64,000 nucleotides of DNA from Marinobacter sp. (GTDB lineage: Bacteria; Pseudomonadota; Gammaproteobacteria; Pseudomonadales; Oleiphilaceae): positions 6,038-70,037 of the forward strand of contig DATGNB010000084.1 in NCBI GenBank assembly GCA_035306945.1, read 5' to 3'. This document shows, piece after piece, positions 52,519-62,754 of this stretch (position 1 is its first letter; each line of letters opens with the position of its first letter). The notes under the pieces were generated by a model that was not told the origin of the DNA, did no database searches, and was given only the letters and a program-made list of their open reading frames with translations. Made by a program: the position numbers and the translations under genes.

Positions 52519-54066
52519 ATGACCGAATCGCGCAAACCCACTGCATTGATTATTCTTGATGGCTGGGGGCACCGTGACCCGGCTGATGACAACGCCATTT
52601 CCAACGCCAGAACACCCTTCTGGGACAAACTGTGGCAGCAGCAGCCGAAGACTCTCATCAATACCTCTGGTATGTTCGTGGGCCTGCCCCAGGGCCAGAT
52701 GGGCAACTCGGAAGTCGGCCATATGAATCTCGGCGCCGGCCGGGTTGTATACCAGAGCCTGACCCGTATCGACAAAGACCTCGAAACTGGCCGGTTTCAG
52801 AAAAACGGCGCCCTGTGCAGCGCCATCGACAAGGCCGTTGCCAGCGGCAAGGCCGTCCATATCCTGGGGCTTCTGTCGCCCGGTGGCGTTCACAGCCACG
52901 AAGATCACATGCTGGCAGCGGCCGAACTGGCGGCAGCCCGCGGCGCCACCCAGGTCTTTATCCATGCCTTCCTGGATGGCCGGGACATGCCCCCCCGCAG
53001 CGCCCGTCCTTCCCTGGAAAAAGCCGCAGCCCGAATGAAGGCTCTGGGCATTGGCCGGGTTGCCACCATCGTAGGCCGCTACTTTGCCATGGACCGGGAC
53101 AACCGCTGGGATCGTGTCGAAGCCGCTTACAATGTTATGACTCTGGGCGAGGCCGAATTCCATTCTGAGGATCCCCTGACGGCGCTTGACCAGGCCTATG
53201 AGCGCGGCGAGAACGACGAGTTTGTAAAAGCCACCCGCATCCGGGCGGAAGGGCAGCCTGAGGGCACCATCAACGATGGCGACTCGGTACTGTTCATGAA
53301 TTTCCGGGCAGACCGCGCGCGGGAAATGACCCGCACCTTTGTCGATACCGGCTTTGAGGGCTTTGAGCGGCGCAAGCATCCCCAACTGGCAGACTTTGTG
53401 ATGCTCACCGAGTATGCCGCCGACATCCCCGCGTCCTGCGCCTACCCTCCCGAACAACTGGCCAACGGTCTGGGCGAATACGTAGCCCGGCTCGGCAAGA
53501 CCCAGCTGCGTATCGCCGAAACCGAGAAATACGCGCACGTTACCTTTTTCTTTAATGGCGGCCTGGAAACGCCTTTTGACGGCGAGGACCGGATACTGGT
53601 GCCGTCTCCAAAGGTTGCCACTTACGACCTGCAACCGGAGATGAGCGCCCCTGAAGTGACCGACAAGCTGGTAGAAGCCATCAGGAGTGGCAAGTACGAC
53701 CTGATCGTGTGCAACTATGCCAATGGTGATATGGTCGGCCATACCGGCAAGCTTGATGCGGCCATCAAGGCTGCGGAATGTCTGGATACCTGCGTACAAC
53801 GGGTGGTTGAAGCCCTGGACGAAGTCGGCGGCGAGGCCCTGATCACGGCCGATCACGGCAACCTCGAACAGATGACCGACCCCAATTCCGGTCAGGTACA
53901 TACCTCCCATACCATCGGCCCGGTGCCTTTGGTGTATACCGGAAACCGCAACCTGGGCCTGAAGGACGACGGCAGTCTGTGCGACATCGCACCCACCCTG
54001 CTGACCCTGATGGGTCTGGAGCAGCCTCAGGAGATGTCTGGCCGCAGCCTGGCCGAGATCAACTGA
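52519..54066 (+). CDS. gpmI: 2,3-bisphosphoglycerate-independent phosphoglycerate mutase
   Basis: [37 protein letters not shown]. Confidence 0.97.
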   Translation: MTESRKPTALIILDGWGHRDPADDNAISNARTPFWDKLWQQQPKTLINTSGMFVGLPQGQMGNSEVGHMNLGAGRVVYQSLTRIDKDLETGRFQKNGALCSAIDKAVASGKAVHILGLLSPGGVHSHEDHMLAAAELAAARGATQVFIHAFLDGRDMPPRSARPSLEKAAARMKALGIGRVATIVGRYFAMDRDNRWDRVEAAYNVMTLGEAEFHSEDPLTALDQAYERGENDEFVKATRIRAEGQPEGTINDGDSVLFMNFRADRAREMTRTFVDTGFEGFERRKHPQLADFVMLTEYAADIPASCAYPPEQLANGLGEYVARLGKTQLRIAETEKYAHVTFFFNGGLETPFDGEDRILVPSPKVATYDLQPEMSAPEVTDKLVEAIRSGKYDLIVCNYANGDMVGHTGKLDAAIKAAECLDTCVQRVVEALDEVGGEALITADHGNLEQMTDPNSGQVHTSHTIGPVPLVYTGNRNLGLKDDGSLCDIAPTLLTLMGLEQPQEMSGRSLAEIN

Positions 54067-54086
54067 AACGGCCCGGAGCAGTTAGC

Positions 54087-55223
54087 TTGACGTTCCTCGC
54101 AGCACTGGCGCTCGCCCTGGTTCTGGGCGCGGCACCGGTGTATGCGCAGGATAATGTCACCCCCGAACAGGTGAAAGCGCTCAAAGACCGCATTGCCGGT
54201 ATCGATCGCTGGCTCCGGGATGCGGAAAACGATCGCTCCAGCCTGGAAAAACAGCTGGCAGCGACCGAGCGCCGTATCAGCGACCTGACACGGGAACGCC
54301 GTGGATTACGCCAGCAGTCCGAGCGTCAGCAACAACGGCTGAACGAGTTGCGCCGGCAGGAGAGCGAACTGGCAGTTACCCTCGAAAGCCAGCGCGAGAG
54401 CCTGAAAAACCAGATCCGGGCGGCCTGGATGGAGGGCGAATCGCCGGCACTGAAAATCCTGCTCAACGAAGTTGAACCCGACCGGGTTACCCGCACGCTT
54501 ACCTATTACGAGTATCTCAGCAAGGATACCGTTGAACGCCTGCAGGCATTCCAGAACAGCCTGCGCGAATTGCAGCAGGCCCGCGCGGCGGTACAGGCCT
54601 CCCGGGTGGAACTCGCCCGGACCCAGGCCGATCTGGAACAACGCCAGGAACAGCTGGCAGCCACCCACAGCCAGCGCGAACAGACCCTGGCGGCTCTGAA
54701 AGCCGACATCCGTACCCGGCGCAGCGAACGGGACGATCTGGACGCCGACCGCAAGCGCCTGGAGCAGTTGCTGGAAGAAGTCCAGCAGGCCATCGCCAGC
54801 ATCCCTTCCCCCAACGAATCACAACCGTTCCAGTCGCTTCGCAACAAACTGCCCTGGCCGGCAAAAGGCCGGGTCATCAGCAGCTACGGGGCGGCATACG
54901 CCGAGGGCAAGTTGCGCCGCAGCGGCCTGATCATGAATACCAGCGAAAACGCCGAAGTCACCGCCGTGCATTACGGCCGCGTGGTGTTCGCCAACTGGTT
55001 ACGCGGGTTCGGGCTGATGACCATCATCGATCATGGCGACGGGTATATGACCCTTTACGGCCACAGCAGCAGCCTGTTCACCGAGCCGGGTGACTGGGTG
55101 GCTGCCGGTGAAACCATCGCAGTGGCCGGCCGCACCGGCGGAACCGAAGACCCGGCGGTGTATTTCGAGATCCGCCAGAATGGCAAGCCGGTTAACCCGG
55201 GAAGCTGGCTGGCCCGGCCCTGA
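54087..55223 (+). CDS. envC: Murein hydrolase activator EnvC (coiled coil plus M23)
   Basis: Signal peptide, long coiled coil, LPWP...IIDHGDGYMTLYGH...YFEIR; TTG start after GGAG. Confidence 0.9.
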   Translation: MTFLAALALALVLGAAPVYAQDNVTPEQVKALKDRIAGIDRWLRDAENDRSSLEKQLAATERRISDLTRERRGLRQQSERQQQRLNELRRQESELAVTLESQRESLKNQIRAAWMEGESPALKILLNEVEPDRVTRTLTYYEYLSKDTVERLQAFQNSLRELQQARAAVQASRVELARTQADLEQRQEQLAATHSQREQTLAALKADIRTRRSERDDLDADRKRLEQLLEEVQQAIASIPSPNESQPFQSLRNKLPWPAKGRVISSYGAAYAEGKLRRSGLIMNTSENAEVTAVHYGRVVFANWLRGFGLMTIIDHGDGYMTLYGHSSSLFTEPGDWVAAGETIAVAGRTGGTEDPAVYFEIRQNGKPVNPGSWLARP

Positions 55224-55325
55224 ACGGCGCTGCCACCTTAAAGGGCTGACAAAAGACGCCGGCAACGCCATACTGTCGGAATCAGGAACCCAGCCCAACT
55301 ATTGGAAACAAAACAGGATATATGG

Positions 55326-56726
55326 ATGAAACGGGTCACCAGAAAACTCCAGGTCTCTCAATTTCCCGGCGTGTTGCTCGCCTCCTGTTTGTTGACCCTG
55401 GCCAGCCCCGCCCTGTCACAGGAGCCTCAGGCCCCGGCCACCATTGAGGGTGTTCAGAATGGTGAACGGATCGAGATTGAACTGCCCGATCCCGAAACCC
55501 AGCTTCCCCTGGACGATCTGCGCAAATTCACCGAGGTCTTCGCCCGCATCAAAGACGCCTATGTTGAGGAAGTCTCTGACCGCCAGCTGCTCGAAAGCGC
55601 CATCAAAGGCATGCTCTCAGACCTCGACCCGCACTCCACCTACCTTGCGCCCAAAGACTACGAGGAGCTGGAAGAAAGCACCTCCGGCGAGTTTGGCGGG
55701 CTGGGCATCGAGGTGGGCATGGAAAACGGCTTTGTCAAAGTCATTTCCCCCATTGATGATACGCCGGCCCAGAAAGCCGGGGTGAAGGCCGGGGACGTGA
55801 TCATCAAACTCGACGAAAAGCCGGTTAAAGGCATGTCGCTCGAAGAAGCCGTTAACCTGATGCGGGGCAAACCGGGCACGGTGCTTAACCTGACGATCAT
55901 GCGCGAAGGCGAAAGCGGCCCGATCGAAATCGGTGTAAAGCGGGACGTGATCCGCGTTACCAGCGTAAAATCCCGGATGCTGGACGCAGGCTATGGCTAC
56001 GTGCGCATTACCCAGTTCCAGGCCGAGACCGGGCGTCAGTTCGTGAAGGCGTTGAATGACCTGAAGAAACAACACGGCGACAATCTGGACGGCCTGATTA
56101 TCGACCTGCGCAACAACCCCGGCGGGGTACTCCAGGCAGCGGTTGAAACCGCCGACGCCCTGCTCGACGAGGGTCTGGTTGTCTATACCGAGGGGCGTAT
56201 CCAGAGCTCCCGCCTGCGATTCAGCGCCCGGCCGGGCGACGAGATTGCCGGCACGCCCATTGTGGTACTGATCAACGGCGGCTCTGCCTCCGCCTCAGAG
56301 ATTCTGGCCGGTGCACTTCAGGACCACGAACGTGCCGTGGTCATGGGAACCCAGTCCTTCGGCAAGGGCAGCGTACAGACGGTGATCCCACTGGACGAAA
56401 CTCACGCCATCAAAATGACCACTGCCCGGTACTTCACACCGGAAGGCCGCTCCATTCAGGCCAAAGGCATCAAGCCCGATATCGAGGTGCGCCCCGCAGA
56501 GCTCACGGAACTTGATGGCCGGCCATTCTTTACGGAAGCTGACCTGAGCGGCCACCTGGTCGGCGAGAATGAAGACGACGCCGGTACAGTGCCGGAACAG
56601 GACGCCAATGCCCAGGCCTCACCGGCCGATCAGGATTACCAGCTCCGCTCGGCGCTGAACCTGCTCAAGGGCATGCATATCCTTAACCGCAAACACGACA
56701 GCCGCAGGCAGGACAACCCGTTGTGA
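55326..56726 (+). CDS. ctpA: Carboxyl-terminal processing protease (S41)
   Basis: LDPHS, GGLGIEV (PDZ), DLRNNPGG, SASASEI, FGKGSVQ. Confidence 0.93.
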   Translation: MKRVTRKLQVSQFPGVLLASCLLTLASPALSQEPQAPATIEGVQNGERIEIELPDPETQLPLDDLRKFTEVFARIKDAYVEEVSDRQLLESAIKGMLSDLDPHSTYLAPKDYEELEESTSGEFGGLGIEVGMENGFVKVISPIDDTPAQKAGVKAGDVIIKLDEKPVKGMSLEEAVNLMRGKPGTVLNLTIMREGESGPIEIGVKRDVIRVTSVKSRMLDAGYGYVRITQFQAETGRQFVKALNDLKKQHGDNLDGLIIDLRNNPGGVLQAAVETADALLDEGLVVYTEGRIQSSRLRFSARPGDEIAGTPIVVLINGGSASASEILAGALQDHERAVVMGTQSFGKGSVQTVIPLDETHAIKMTTARYFTPEGRSIQAKGIKPDIEVRPAELTELDGRPFFTEADLSGHLVGENEDDAGTVPEQDANAQASPADQDYQLRSALNLLKGMHILNRKHDSRRQDNPL

Positions 56727-57544
56727 CCCTGGGTAATGCCCTGGCGTTCGCGATCGCACTGGCGCTGGCCCCGGTGGCCAGCCATGCTGCGCCCCGGAGC
56801 GAGTCACCTCCGCCAACCATTGCCATTATCATTGATGATATGGGCCATAACCTGCACGAAGGCGAGCGCCTGGTCCGGATGGAACAGCCCCTGACCCTGG
56901 CGTTTCTGCCTTACCGGCGCCATACCGTGCCACTGGCAAAGCTGGCGCACGAGCAATCGAAGGAAGTCATGCTCCACGCTCCCATGGCCAACACCCGGAA
57001 CTTTGAACTCGGGCCGGGGGGACTTACACCGGAGATGGATGACCAGGCCATTGCCGTAACGCTGCGCAAAGCGTTGCAGTCCATCCCCCATGTCAGCGGT
57101 GTCAACAACCATATGGGCAGCCTGCTCACCCAGCAACTGCGCCCCATGGATTCGGTGATGAAAGTGCTCTACAAGTACCCCGTGTACTTTGTCGACAGCC
57201 GCACCATTGCCAACTCTGTCGCCGGCAGCGTGGCCGAAGCCTACAACATCCCTACCCTCAACCGGGACGTGTTTCTGGACCACGAGCAAACCGAAGAGTT
57301 TGTCGATCGCCAGTTCAAACTGTTGATCAAAACCGCTAAAGAGAAAGGCACGGCGATCGGCATCGGCCACCCCCACAAGGTGACCGTGGACTATCTTGAG
57401 AAACACCTGCCCAGCCTGGATGAACAGGGTATCGCCATCGCCACTGTCCGCGGCATCTGGGCGATGCGCAACGACAACCGCCAGATGTTTGCCGAGGATA
57501 AGGTACCGCAGATCATCCCTGCGGTAGCGGGCAAGTCCAGGTAA
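56723..57544 (+). CDS. yibQ: Divergent polysaccharide deacetylase (YibQ)
   Basis: IIIDDMG, LHAPM, NNHMGS, FVDSRT, RDVFLD, IGIGHP. Confidence 0.88.
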   Translation: MTLGNALAFAIALALAPVASHAAPRSESPPPTIAIIIDDMGHNLHEGERLVRMEQPLTLAFLPYRRHTVPLAKLAHEQSKEVMLHAPMANTRNFELGPGGLTPEMDDQAIAVTLRKALQSIPHVSGVNNHMGSLLTQQLRPMDSVMKVLYKYPVYFVDSRTIANSVAGSVAEAYNIPTLNRDVFLDHEQTEEFVDRQFKLLIKTAKEKGTAIGIGHPHKVTVDYLEKHLPSLDEQGIAIATVRGIWAMRNDNRQMFAEDKVPQIIPAVAGKSR

Positions 57545-57571
57545 CACCGCCCGGCGCGTGGTCCTGGCCCC

Positions 57572-59620
57572 TCAGTTTGTCATGGTGACCAGCCGCTTCA
57601 TCCAGTCAAGCAATACCGTCGCCAGCCGCTCGGGGTGTGCCAGCAGGCCATACTGGTGAGCACCAAAAATCCTCGGCAGATAGCTCACCGCCTGCCGGTC
57701 GATCGTCAGGCAGAACGGATAAATGCCCTGAAGGCCTGCCTCGGTAACCGCCTGGCGCATGTCCTCAACGCCGTAACGGCCCTCGTAATCGTCTTTATCA
57801 TTGGGTTTGCCATCCGACAGCAACAGTAACAGCCGGTGGGCCGCCGGTTGCTGCATCAGCCCTACCGTCGCGTGTCGCAGGGCTGCACCGGCGCGGGTGT
57901 AGTGCTGGGGCTCCAGCGCACTGATCCGCAAAGCAACGTCGTTGCTGAACGGTTCGCCGAAGTCTTTCACCTGCCGCACCGTTACCGCATCCGGCCCTTC
58001 GCCGGAGAACGCCTGCACAGACCAGGGCTCCCCCAGCCCTTCGAGGGCTGAGCCTACGAGCAGTAAAGCTTCGCGCTCGACATCAATCACCCGTTTGGAG
58101 GCCGAGATCCAGCTGTCTGTCGAGCCACTGATATCGATCAGCAGGGTGATGGCCAGGTTGCGTTCGGCACTGCGCCGGCTCTGGTACAGGCCTTCGGCCA
58201 TGGGCCGCCCCGCACGGAAATCCGCGTAGCTTTCGATGTAGGCTTCCAGGTCGATATCATCGCCGTCGACCTGGCGGCGACTGAGCACCCGATGCGCACT
58301 GAGCATCTCAAAACGCCGGCGAATGTCCTGCAGGACCGACTGATACTCGTGCAGGGTTGCATCCACCCAGGCCTGGGAGCCATGGCTCGACGACAGCAGC
58401 CTCACCGTCGCGCCCGGTTCACGATAGGTCTGGCTGCGGTAGTCCCACTCGGGATAGCAGAACCCCACCCCCTCTTCAATCGCAGCCTTCAGCTCCTGCC
58501 TGGCCCGGGCATCGGGCGGATCGTCCGACAGCAACACCTCCTTTGGGCGTCCGGGGGTAGACACCAGCCTGGCCTCGGAAAGCTCTGACATCAGATCGCC
58601 GTACTCATCGGCGCTGGTTTCATCATCCCGGTCTACCGGGCGCTGCAATCCCATCGGATCTTCCGCATGGGGGTGCGAGTCTTCAGGCTGGATCATCCAG
58701 ATACCATCCTCGCTCTCCTCACGCTTCTCTTCCTCAGTGGGCTTTCGCTCCTCCGGACGCCGTGGCAGACGTCCGCTTCTCGGCGGCAGCTCATCCGGTG
58801 AATTCTCGTCGGTGGCGGTGGAGTCCAGGCTTTCTTTCGGGTCGGGTGGCGGCAGAAAGTCACCCGTCCACCAATCCCGATACAGAGGGCGAGGCCCCAG
58901 GTGCCCCACGGCATCGCCTTCTGCCAGCAGTCGCCAATCCCGGATCACCTGATTTACCAGACCAAACGAATGCTCCGCACCTTCGGTTAGCGGCAGCCTG
59001 GGGTGATCCGCGCCAACCGGCATCGCCAACAGCGAACGCACCATCTGCTCAAGCGGCTGCCTGATCCGGGGAAAACCGGCGATGGGGGGCCGCGACAACA
59101 GACAGTGAGCCCGCAGCGCCTGCAGCTCCGGCACTAACCCGGGCAACAACTCAGCCAGCGCCTGATCAGCCGCATAGGCTTCGAGCAGCAGGAAAACATC
59201 TGACTCCAGCGGCGACAGCTTTTGCCAGGGCTGGCCGGCGCCCTGTCGTCGGGCCCGAAGCACCTGCTGTAGTGCCATTATGCGATAGCGCGCGGTCGCC
59301 TCCTGCGGATCTGCAATGCCGAGATCTGGCGGCAACCAGACAGAAACACCGTTATTGGCGGGTACCGGCCGGCTAAGTCGCGGTTTGCGATCGTGCCGGA
59401 AGAGGATGGACAACATGGTGGCGTGGGCGGGTGGCTGGGCGGCACGCAAGGCGTAGCCTTCGCCAAATACGGCGGTGATCAGCAGATCCAGACGCGCTGC
59501 CACATCGCTCAGGGTCGTGGTTGCTGCGTCGGTGGGCTTGCTGTGCCGCCGCCAAAGGTCCCGGACGAAGATTGTCGCATGCCGGGCAACATCCGTGAGG
59601 ACCTCTTCGGGCTCGGACAT
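57572..59620 (-). CDS. norD: Second NorD-like VWA activation protein
   Basis: YPEWDYR, MIDAS DISGST, YTRAGAALRH, LSDGKPND.D.YEGRYG. Confidence 0.88.
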   Translation of the reverse strand: MSEPEEVLTDVARHATIFVRDLWRRHSKPTDAATTTLSDVAARLDLLITAVFGEGYALRAAQPPAHATMLSILFRHDRKPRLSRPVPANNGVSVWLPPDLGIADPQEATARYRIMALQQVLRARRQGAGQPWQKLSPLESDVFLLLEAYAADQALAELLPGLVPELQALRAHCLLSRPPIAGFPRIRQPLEQMVRSLLAMPVGADHPRLPLTEGAEHSFGLVNQVIRDWRLLAEGDAVGHLGPRPLYRDWWTGDFLPPPDPKESLDSTATDENSPDELPPRSGRLPRRPEERKPTEEEKREESEDGIWMIQPEDSHPHAEDPMGLQRPVDRDDETSADEYGDLMSELSEARLVSTPGRPKEVLLSDDPPDARARQELKAAIEEGVGFCYPEWDYRSQTYREPGATVRLLSSSHGSQAWVDATLHEYQSVLQDIRRRFEMLSAHRVLSRRQVDGDDIDLEAYIESYADFRAGRPMAEGLYQSRRSAERNLAITLLIDISGSTDSWISASKRVIDVEREALLLVGSALEGLGEPWSVQAFSGEGPDAVTVRQVKDFGEPFSNDVALRISALEPQHYTRAGAALRHATVGLMQQPAAHRLLLLLSDGKPNDKDDYEGRYGVEDMRQAVTEAGLQGIYPFCLTIDRQAVSYLPRIFGAHQYGLLAHPERLATVLLDWMKRLVTMTN

Positions 59621-59648
59621 AAGGTCTCCTGGTGATGGCTTGTCGCGC

Positions 59649-60467
59649 TCAGACGAAGGTGGCGTTAACCAGGTCCTGCATGGCGCCCACCAGAGACGCG
59701 TCGTCAGACAGCGGCGAGATCAGCCCGGCGTAACAGGCATCCCGCACTGGGATACCGTTGCCGACAAGCCCTGCCGTCGCAATCAGCAATCGCGTACTGG
59801 GCACTTCCGCCAGCCCCCGGTCCCGCAGCCCCCGGATACGGACCGCTAACTCCACCAGGGCGCGGGCCGTAGGTGCATCAATGCCGCTTTCCTGGGCAAC
59901 AATGCTGGCTTCCTGCTCCGGCACCGGGAAGTCCAGATCCATGGCCACAAAACGCTGACGGGTACTGGGCTTGAGGTCTTTGAGCATTCGCTGGTAACCC
60001 GGATTGTAGGAGACCACCAACTGAAACCCGGCGGCGGCCCGGACACTCTCGCCGGTCTTGTCGATCGGCAGGATACGCCGGTGGTCGGTCAGCGCGTGCA
60101 GGATCACGATGGTGTCCTGACGGGCCTCCACCACTTCATCCAGATAACAGATGGCGCCCTGCCGCACAGCCCGGGTCAATGGGCCATCCTGCCACACTGT
60201 GCCGTCGTGCCGGATCAGGTAGCGCCCCACCAGATCACTGGCGGTGAGGTCGTCGTGGCAGGGAATGGTAACGAGCGGCCGCTGCAGCCGCCACGCCATA
60301 TACTCCACCAGGCGGGTCTTGCCACACCCGGTGGGCCCCTTGAGCATCACCGCCATGTTACGGGCATGGCACTGTTCAAAGATCGCCACCTCGTTACCGG
60401 AGGCCAGATAAAATGGTTCCTCCGCGCTCAGGACCGGGTCTGGCTTGCAGGGCTCATCCGCCGACAT
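59649..60467 (-). CDS. norQ: Second NorQ/CbbQ-type AAA+ ATPase
   Basis: KGPTGCGKTR, CHDDLTASDLVG, YLDEVVEAR, KPSTRQRF. Confidence 0.9.
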   Translation of the reverse strand: MSADEPCKPDPVLSAEEPFYLASGNEVAIFEQCHARNMAVMLKGPTGCGKTRLVEYMAWRLQRPLVTIPCHDDLTASDLVGRYLIRHDGTVWQDGPLTRAVRQGAICYLDEVVEARQDTIVILHALTDHRRILPIDKTGESVRAAAGFQLVVSYNPGYQRMLKDLKPSTRQRFVAMDLDFPVPEQEASIVAQESGIDAPTARALVELAVRIRGLRDRGLAEVPSTRLLIATAGLVGNGIPVRDACYAGLISPLSDDASLVGAMQDLVNATFV

Positions 60468-60469
60468 GT

Positions 60470-61849
60470 TCAGCCCGGACTCCCCGTTGAGCGGGTTGTG
60501 GCGGCATGGCGTTCATCCCCCTGCGCCGCCACCTCCAGCACAGGGCGATAGCGGAAGAAATCGTAGATAAAGAGCGCAACACCGCAGGTGAAAAGCGATG
60601 CGGTGGCCACCAGCATCAGGAAATGCACCTGGATCTTGAGCTGGGCATCAAGGTAGCCCATCCCCATAACCCGCTCCAGATAAACCTGGCCAATCCCTGC
60701 CGTGGCGAACGACAGGGTCATGCCAAACATGCCACCCAGCTGCATCCAGTAGGCCCAGAAGCCAAGGGTACCGCCTCGCTCGCTGCGCCCGGGGCACATC
60801 TGCGGCAGGATGTAAGTAATCATTGCCAGCACAATCATCACGTAAGCACCATAAAACGCGGCATGCCCGTGCATGGCGGTAATCAGGGTACCATGAGTCC
60901 ATTTATTGATCGCCGGCCAGGTATGGGCAAGGCCCAGCAGGCCTGCGCCAAACAGCGCGAACACCGCACTGCCAACGGTCCAGTGCAAAGCCAGCGAATT
61001 AGGATGCGCCAGGCCGGAGCGGCGGATTGCAGCGTAGGCGTAAATGGCCATACCCACCAGCGCGGCAGGCTCCAGGGCGCTAAAAAAACCGCCAATGGGC
61101 AGCCAGTACTGAGGCACACCCACCCAATAGTAATGGTGAGCCGTACCCAGAATACCGGCAATAAACACGAGCCCGACAATCACATAGAGCCACTTTTCCA
61201 TCACTTCCCGGTCAGCGCCCGAAAGGCGGATCAGCAGGTAGGCCAGGAACGCACCCATGATCATCATCCAGACACCCTCAACCCAGAGGTGGATGGTCCA
61301 CCAGCGGTAGAAGATCGAGACGGTGTAATTCTCGTAGTACAGCAGTGCCGGCACAAACAGGACCGCCGAACTGACCAGCCCCAGTACAAGAACACCTTCC
61401 GTCGTGGTAAAGCGCCCCGACTTTTTGATGGTCATGCCGATGTTGTACAGAAAAATCAGGAAACAGATCACCATCACGATCTTGTGCGGCAGGGGTTGTT
61501 CCAGCAGCTTGTTGCCGGTGCCGTAGCGGAACAGATAACCGATAATGGCCGTCACGCCCATCACCGACCACAGGACAAGCTGGATATACGCCAGCTTTAC
61601 GCTGTGCAGTTCGGTACGGGACTCGTCGGGAATCATCCAGTAGGTCGCCCCCATAAAGCCGGTGAGCACCCAGACAATCAGCAAGTTGGTATGGATAACC
61701 TTGGTAACATCGAAAGGCAGTATGTAAAGGAGTGGGTCCGGCCCCAGATACTTGGAGGCGGAAAGCAGGCCAAACACCAGTTGCAGGCCAAAAAGCACCA
61801 TGGCGACCGCAAAATACCAGTAGGCAACCGATTGCGATTGATACCGCAT
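60470..61849 (-). CDS. norB: Divergent NorB-like heme-copper oxidase superfamily catalytic subunit
   Basis: IHTNLL, HLWVEG, GTAHH, ALEP, MHGH present; several conserved acidic residues substituted. Confidence 0.85.
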   Translation of the reverse strand: MRYQSQSVAYWYFAVAMVLFGLQLVFGLLSASKYLGPDPLLYILPFDVTKVIHTNLLIVWVLTGFMGATYWMIPDESRTELHSVKLAYIQLVLWSVMGVTAIIGYLFRYGTGNKLLEQPLPHKIVMVICFLIFLYNIGMTIKKSGRFTTTEGVLVLGLVSSAVLFVPALLYYENYTVSIFYRWWTIHLWVEGVWMMIMGAFLAYLLIRLSGADREVMEKWLYVIVGLVFIAGILGTAHHYYWVGVPQYWLPIGGFFSALEPAALVGMAIYAYAAIRRSGLAHPNSLALHWTVGSAVFALFGAGLLGLAHTWPAINKWTHGTLITAMHGHAAFYGAYVMIVLAMITYILPQMCPGRSERGGTLGFWAYWMQLGGMFGMTLSFATAGIGQVYLERVMGMGYLDAQLKIQVHFLMLVATASLFTCGVALFIYDFFRYRPVLEVAAQGDERHAATTRSTGSPG

Positions 61850-61906
61850 TTGCTGTTCTCCCTGTTGTCGGAACTCCTGCCGGAACTCGGCAAGGCTCCC
61901 GGATTC

Positions 61907-62743
61907 TTATTTGAGTGTGGCGAGGTAATCGACCAGCTGATCCACCTGCTCGGCAGACAGCGAGTCTTCATACACGGGCATAAAGGAGGTACCGCCGGCA
62001 GAGTACATGGCACCCGGCACCAGGTGAGCATTGGGCTCCAGGATGGATTCCCGCAGGTACTCTTCTGCCGTGGTCGCACTTCCCTGATACTCAGCGGAAT
62101 TGACCGTTGCCTCAGCACGGGTCAGCACGCCAGCCAGTGAGGGGCCCGCCATATCCGCGCCAGGCTGGGTAGAGTGGCAGGCGTTACAGGACGGAGTAAC
62201 GGTTCGGAACAGATTCTGGCCTTTGGCCCGGGGATCGTCATCTGCATCAACCGGGGTAACCCCCTGAGGCTCATCCCCCTGGGCGGTGCCAGCCGTGACC
62301 GGCGTTACGAAGCCTCCGGTTACCAGTATCGGCCTGGGGGGCCAACCCTGGTTATCCACGTTGGCCACCCACTTCAGAAACTCGATAAGGTCGGTTATTT
62401 CCTTCTCGCTGAGATCCTGTCTTGGCATCAGGCGCCGGTGTTTCTCTTCATCGTAGAAACGGCCCGGATCTCTCATGTACGCCTGAAGATAGGGATCGCT
62501 GCGGTGATCGGTGATTTTGGTCAGGTCCGGGGCGTAGTAGGCACCCTCGCCAAAGAGGGTATGACAGTTAATACAGTTATACTTGTGCCAGACATCCTTG
62601 CCGTGGGTTACTTCCGGTGTAATGTTCTGGGAGTGGGTCAGCTCCGGAAACTGCCGGTGGCTGTCCACCGTAAGGATGAGAAAAAGCAGTGCTGCCAGAG
62701 CCGTTGAGGCTACGGCGAAGATTCGGGATTGTCGATTCGTCAT
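61907..62743 (-). CDS. norC: NorC-like subunit fused to a second cytochrome c domain (two CxxCH)
   Basis: TM anchor, CINCH, GEGAYYAPDL, RRLMP, WPP; then CNACH...GPSL...YLRESILEP...FMP. Confidence 0.85.
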   Translation of the reverse strand: MTNRQSRIFAVASTALAALLFLILTVDSHRQFPELTHSQNITPEVTHGKDVWHKYNCINCHTLFGEGAYYAPDLTKITDHRSDPYLQAYMRDPGRFYDEEKHRRLMPRQDLSEKEITDLIEFLKWVANVDNQGWPPRPILVTGGFVTPVTAGTAQGDEPQGVTPVDADDDPRAKGQNLFRTVTPSCNACHSTQPGADMAGPSLAGVLTRAEATVNSAEYQGSATTAEEYLRESILEPNAHLVPGAMYSAGGTSFMPVYEDSLSAEQVDQLVDYLATLK

Positions 62744-62754
62744 AGCCGGCCCAC

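Noticed and set aside
52486-53910. 474-aa ORF antisense to gpmI (similar ones at 36655-37854 and 48904-50202)
   Set aside because: Antisense shadows of well-supported genes
60470-61849. NorB2 as a cbb3 O2 reductase or NO dismutase
   Set aside because: It keeps HLWVEG and HH, is paired with NorC, NorQ and NorD, and has no qNOR-type N-terminal domain; the function is left open rather than reassigned
60506-62140. 544-aa ORF antisense to norB2/norC2
   Set aside because: Codon-aligned antisense frame of two in-phase real genes; His/Gln-rich mirror of hydrophobic codons
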